This document shows, piece by piece, positions 40,401 to 43,717 of a stretch of 43,717 nt of DNA. The position numbers were made by a program, and so were the translations under genes. The stretch comes from Oligoflexales bacterium (lineage in GTDB: Bacteria > Bdellovibrionota_B > Oligoflexia > Oligoflexales > Bog-1112), in the NCBI GenBank assembly GCA_045105515.1, contig JBGCDR010000095.1:1-43717 (forward strand). The letters are read 5' to 3'. Position 1 is the first letter of the stretch. Each line of letters begins with the position of its first letter. The notes under the pieces were generated by a model that was given only the letters and a program-made list of their open reading frames with translations, was not told the DNA's origin and made no database searches.

Positions 40401-42297
40401 TATAATATAGTATTTTTTCAATTATATCGGGATCTTCTAATATTTTCTTGGCAATTTCAAGATCAAATATTCCTTTAAGGGACTGACGTTCAATAAGATC
40501 CAAATAGCCAATAGTTCCAAGGTCAATCATACCAATCTTTTTAACATCAGTCTTACTACCCTCTTCATGTAGCTCAATCCTGATATTTCCTTCATGCAAA
40601 TCTCCATGAAAATAGTTGCCAGAGAACATGCCTTGAAAGTGTATATCCATAAGCTTCTGCAAAGAATTCTGAATCTGAATTCTTTGATTTGAAGAAATAC
40701 GCGAATGGTTTTTTGGATCATTAAACCATTTTAAATCATAGCCTAAAGATTTTTCCTGAATATTAAACCGGGAAGCTATTTTTTCACGCTTTTCAAGGTC
40801 TGGGACTAGCTCTGAGCTTACAACAGCTGCATCTATAGTATTTCCTGATATAACAGTTATTTCACCTACTTTCTTATTATTTTGACGAAAAATTGTATTA
40901 TACGAACTAACTTTTTCTCCATTTTCCACCTCTGCTGCAAGGTCAGTTTCTGCTAGGAACTCATCTATTTCATCAACTTTTATCTGCCACTCATCTCGCA
41001 ATCTTCTCCTATACTCATCACCCATCCCAGCATCAAGCACATCGCGGGGGTAGCTAATTCCCTGACCGGCATCAATATTCTGAATTACAGCCAGATATTT
41101 ACCTTTATCATCTAAAAGACTGGCAATGACTTCATCAGGAACCCATTTTACGATTTTGTTTTCATGGTTTTCAAAAACAATCCCCAAGCTCCCTGCCTGC
41201 AAAACTCGTGAACCTTCACCTAAGATCTGTGGAATCAGTTTTCTAGCTCTTTCCAAAAACATTTCAGACTCACTAGGACTTAGATTTCTTGCTTGTGATT
41301 TCTTCAAAAAACCTTGTACATCTTCTTTTAAGGCAATTTTCATTGAATTAATGCGACTATATTCTTGTTGTATTTTTTTTATTATATAGGGACCAAATAC
41401 ACTACGATTCTCAACCATAGCTTCCATAAGTACTGAGAAAGGAATTTTTCTAGCCGCTTCTTTGCGAAAAATTTGCCCCTTCAAAAAAGCCAAACTATCA
41501 TCAGTTTTTATCTGGTCTTGAATGGTTTGATACAATGCTAGCTTTTGCTCATAGTTAAGCTCTTTACTATACCGTAGCAGTTCATCACGCAAGGTTCGCT
41601 TAATTGGTTTATACTCTGGTGAGGGATCATCTACCCTAAAACCATGATTTTGAAGAATATCAGAAGGATCAAAGTCACCGATGTTAAAACGGCTTTTAAA
41701 ATCTTCTAGATAACTATTTGGAATAGTATATTGAGCTTTTAGCAATTTTTCAAACTGATCTAAACTTGAGACCGAACCAAGCTTTTTAAAAAGGATTTTT
41801 ATGTTCTTAGGATTTTCATGATTTTGTTCTTTAGAAAGGCGGGTTACAACGTAATGTCCGTAGTTATCCTCTGGAATTATACCCTTTTCACTTACCAGCT
41901 CAATAGCCTTTTGTTTCAGGACTGCTAATGGGTTCAATTCTATCCAAAGCCGTTCTTGTACTTTTTCGATCTTGAATTTATTCAATCCTCCACGGCTATT
42001 AGAACTTAGATAATCAGTTGCTTTGAATAAAGAAGGAACTTGCTCAGCTTTATTTTTAGCGATATGCTCAGGCTTTATAAATGGATTTAAGCGGTCATTT
42101 TCAATACCATTAAGCAATTGTGAGTCTGGCGCTTCGGGATCTAAGCTAATTAAACGATCTAGTTGTTCAAGTGGACTCAAGTAAAAACCAAGCGAATTAC
42201 TAGAACGAATAGGGCGTTTAATCTCTTTAGTTTTACAAGAACTGGTGCCTATTAGTATCACTGGGACTAGCAATATTAAATACACGGTTTGCACCAT
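37453..42297 (-). CDS. Giant lipoprotein: UbiB/ABC1-like atypical kinase domain, ~700-aa coiled coil, C-terminal hydrophobic segment
   Basis: Lipobox-like TSSC; GPYIIKKIQ, QAGSLG, IVKW, ETDLAAEVEN, FHGDLHEGNI and MIDLG motifs; heptad-rich E/K/Q/L region. Confidence 0.8.
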   Translation of the reverse strand: MVQTVYLILLVPVILIGTSSCKTKEIKRPIRSSNSLGFYLSPLEQLDRLISLDPEAPDSQLLNGIENDRLNPFIKPEHIAKNKAEQVPSLFKATDYLSSNSRGGLNKFKIEKVQERLWIELNPLAVLKQKAIELVSEKGIIPEDNYGHYVVTRLSKEQNHENPKNIKILFKKLGSVSSLDQFEKLLKAQYTIPNSYLEDFKSRFNIGDFDPSDILQNHGFRVDDPSPEYKPIKRTLRDELLRYSKELNYEQKLALYQTIQDQIKTDDSLAFLKGQIFRKEAARKIPFSVLMEAMVENRSVFGPYIIKKIQQEYSRINSMKIALKEDVQGFLKKSQARNLSPSESEMFLERARKLIPQILGEGSRVLQAGSLGIVFENHENKIVKWVPDEVIASLLDDKGKYLAVIQNIDAGQGISYPRDVLDAGMGDEYRRRLRDEWQIKVDEIDEFLAETDLAAEVENGEKVSSYNTIFRQNNKKVGEITVISGNTIDAAVVSSELVPDLEKREKIASRFNIQEKSLGYDLKWFNDPKNHSRISSNQRIQIQNSLQKLMDIHFQGMFSGNYFHGDLHEGNIRIELHEEGSKTDVKKIGMIDLGTIGYLDLIERQSLKGIFDLEIAKKILEDPDIIEKILYYNYNSLPDEQRQVLVKRDGFNFSIPQNYQEAEIGKLDSRIKYYMTGLSKQGFNLSVDGFKLGEFKTFLEIFAGKPVPNDEALRLLGLRSNVVALFKATSTGVGVVHASNLRAGNYISTADRPQQVAQKSVADFFNYLGKINAYSLEPESAELLVEQSQMDRSRSGISGDMLDYMTQRRKRGVSLEANAEAIWRDVFLVESERLMMQDQLEKLVAERQVLSEQLEDLNRSNLEEKNSKTANVDLLDELQKQLLRKDEIYKDSLSTLENQHARDIQELQKKISALETGKLASEQEINQLNKYLKDLQEKQIANQKLQNEYTDLQDTSRGLETKLRNLTELSSGEKEGLEQVNRQLQSSNEELKAKQNQLTAIHDKAMDDLNSKLETDLASRDNKIRSLQETQRNLGKEIQKSKVVIRNSNSVQESQLRRLVKLNEELDRVHIQLRKAIILELENNRLREDLQELTEFRENIRFLFAQLKKAQSESSNFVKSIEIEFKDVESSRMLKEIQLLLTKINGLNQRLSQSPTQEEKNQLEQNLETKELAISDLQTALENRPKSSEVVALNQELSRNQNKLEALRDQIEQMSKVQGHLDDERQISTQIRTDLKTKEQELGQVKDDIALRQKSLDQLSREFDKRDLQHEKEIESFRKQLESARKRSAQFEQSEEDNRKLQQRIASGEAESILLSKKIQSLETDFQISEKKAKSEINRLKEQIQNKADAEGQLKQKVSDLEEKMQVSAREFSSKEKALQVEKLEIERDLKDLNDKLSQANKDSIGKQRQIQKLQAELNKSLATLRKYNDIEGKLQDANTRINLLKKEDSNIRAKVTRLEQERATFRQHNIDLTEQLGAAKSDIASMKKSQMNNSRWEELQTRLEESQARNKKIANELNEAQVRNKSLLTDLETARSEAKKIGEAPTVVPQRMNPILARSQYKRPVININRHTTHINKAAFKGLGALYFGVGASLISGGSILINEGIKNSNQGR

Positions 42298-42318
42298 TTT
42301 CTTAATCCCTTATACAAG

Positions 42319-43431
42319 TTATCTTATACTTTTCTCAATTTTTGATTTGTTAGCCTTTAACCTAGCTCGACCTTTTTTTATGGCTTCAGTTTGCTGATAA
42401 TACAATTCCTTCAGACCTAGCAATAGACTATGCTTTTCCCGATCTTTGCTACTTGCAAGATTTAGTTCTTGAAAAGCATTACCAAGATTTTTTTCTAATT
42501 TCTTTTGTAGTTCTTTGCTAGTGCTCAAGGCTACTGCGTACTCATCATCTTCAGCTTGTACTAGTGATATACTTTTGGCGAATATTTTTGCAAAGTTGGT
42601 TTCATAGACTCCTTTAGCCATATAGGCAACTCCTGTAGCCGCCGAGATCGAACCTAAGCTTATCAAAGTGATTGCAGCTGGGGTCCAAACTTTGCTTTTT
42701 TCAGATTCTGAGCTTTCAGAGCTCTCTGTGGCTTCTTCACTGATTAGGTCTTGGTATACGCTACTGTAAATTAATTCACAGTTTAGCTCTTTTCCCATAT
42801 CCAATTGCTTTTGCACTGCTTGGACTAAAGCGTCTTGGGCAAAATTATGAGTGGCTATCATTTTATTGTAATATACCTCAATATTGTCAAAAAAATCATG
42901 GCAATTTTCCCTATTTTTCTCAATAATTTTTTCTCTTTCCTCAAGCAGTTCTTTTGTCTCTGTGTTTTTACTGGGATTCAGTCGAAATGCTGATACGGTA
43001 AACGGTCCACAGTTTCTATCCGAATTTTTAACTTTCTTGAAATTTACACAACTTGCAACAAAGACCTCTATTTTACCAGTTGGAGGGTTGATAAATTGAT
43101 GGGTAGTGAGATAAAAATCTTTAGGTTCACTTTTTAAGGGGTTACATTTATTCTCTTCAGAACTACACAGGTAAAAGCGATAAAAGTCCGCACCATTGGT
43201 TGGAAATAATTCGAAACTTATGCCAATATGCTCACCAATAGTAAATTCTTTAATTTCTTTGATCCTAGTTTTTAGAAAAGCAAGTTCTATTTTTTTCTCA
43301 TTTTCTCCTAAGGTTGGTCCAAGATTTCGAAAACCGTTGGGAGAAATGCCTACATGTTTTTTACAGGCGAGAAGACCTATCAAGATTAAGAAGATAATTT
43401 GTACCTTTAGTCTAAAAAACACAACTGGCAT
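42319..43431 (-). CDS. Hypothetical lipoprotein with a Cys-containing beta domain and a helical C-half carrying a hydrophobic segment
   Basis: Lipobox LLAC; AITLISLGSISAATGVAYM; ends 21 bp upstream of the kinase gene. Confidence 0.78.
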   Translation of the reverse strand: MPVVFFRLKVQIIFLILIGLLACKKHVGISPNGFRNLGPTLGENEKKIELAFLKTRIKEIKEFTIGEHIGISFELFPTNGADFYRFYLCSSEENKCNPLKSEPKDFYLTTHQFINPPTGKIEVFVASCVNFKKVKNSDRNCGPFTVSAFRLNPSKNTETKELLEEREKIIEKNRENCHDFFDNIEVYYNKMIATHNFAQDALVQAVQKQLDMGKELNCELIYSSVYQDLISEEATESSESSESEKSKVWTPAAITLISLGSISAATGVAYMAKGVYETNFAKIFAKSISLVQAEDDEYAVALSTSKELQKKLEKNLGNAFQELNLASSKDREKHSLLLGLKELYYQQTEAIKKGRARLKANKSKIEKSIR

Positions 43432-43519
43432 ATCCTTCTTAAATTAATAAACTTTTTCTACTTCATTTATATAGTATATAGATACTAATTGGTAAATTCA
43501 CAAGGGTTACCCCAGCTAG

Positions 43520-43546
43520 TCATCGGAAAAAAATACTGAAACTTTA
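43520..43546 (-). promoter_or_regulatory. Sigma-28 (FliA)-like promoter
   Basis: TAAAGTTT-N11-TCCGATGA vs consensus TAAAGTTT-N11-GCCGATAA. Confidence 0.65.
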
Positions 43547-43582
43547 TATTTTTATGAATTATATAAAACCCTAATAACATTA

Positions 43583-43717
43583 GAGTTGTCTAACAATTGA
43601 TAAAACCCTTTGGTAGCTTAATTTATGTTATTTTATAGTTCCAAAGACCTGCTGCTGCGTAACCTATTTCATCACGAAGCTTATCAATTCTGACTCTTAA
43701 CTTTGAAGAAGCTGCGT
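43583..43717 (-). mobile_element. Right (3') end of the putative insertion sequence, running off the window
   Basis: Terminal repeat GAGTTGTCTAA preceded by TTA; matches the left window end; an ORF tail ends ~35 bp inside the terminus. Confidence 0.7.
43618..43717 (-). CDS. C-terminus of the putative transposase (...AASSKLRVRIDKLRDEIGYAAAGLWNYKNNIN*), partial
   Basis: Minus frame open from the window edge to TAA at 43618-43620, just inside the terminal repeat. Confidence 0.5.

Noticed and set aside
1691..43447. Short ORFs antisense to or nested in assigned genes (e.g. 8441..8791, 15339..15689, 22491..22877, 35830..36294) and AT-rich intergenic ORFs (3535..3723, 26273..26461, 35204..35392)
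   Set aside because: Shadow frames or low-complexity translations with no recognisable motifs
43484..43582. Window as a circular element with a single IS insertion (sensor gene continuing across the junction)
   Set aside because: Joining at the TA gives ...KTLLMLLGFYIIHKNI... but it stops after ~31 codons with no output domain, and no replication genes are present. Two separate insertions are more likely.
1..43717. CRISPR array, tRNA, rRNA or riboswitch
   Set aside because: No regularly spaced repeats or recognisable structured-RNA signatures by eye; an Infernal/tRNAscan run would be needed to exclude them fully

Overview
AT-rich bacterial chromosomal segment. Gene content (Cys-rich prepilin-like proteins, a TldD/TldE pair, many orphan secreted proteins) suggests a Bdellovibrionota/Oligoflexia-like organism, but this is inference only. 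Both window ends are the termini of what looks like one IS element (shared terminal repeat GAGTTGTCTAA), and the left copy interrupts a membrane sensor gene. Inside are two receiver proteins, aat, a sucrase/ferredoxin-like protein, a vWA protein, a MotA/ExbB-like plus MotB-like coiled-coil pair (the second gene frameshifted), HU, three Cys-rich pilin-like genes coupled to a membrane-anchored LRR protein, tldD-tldE, a PlsC-like acyltransferase, a more GC-rich lexA-imuA-imuB-dnaE2 mutagenesis cassette with a candidate new operator, and a Tat solute-binding protein plus four-gene kinase/receiver operon. The best candidates for undescribed systems are (i) a three-gene operon of exported proteins built from six copies of one helix-Trp-beta-hairpin module and (ii) a 1614-aa exported UbiB/ABC1-like kinase-coiled-coil lipoprotein with a partner lipoprotein. 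Several of these operons have sigma-28-like promoters. No rRNA, tRNA or CRISPR array was seen.
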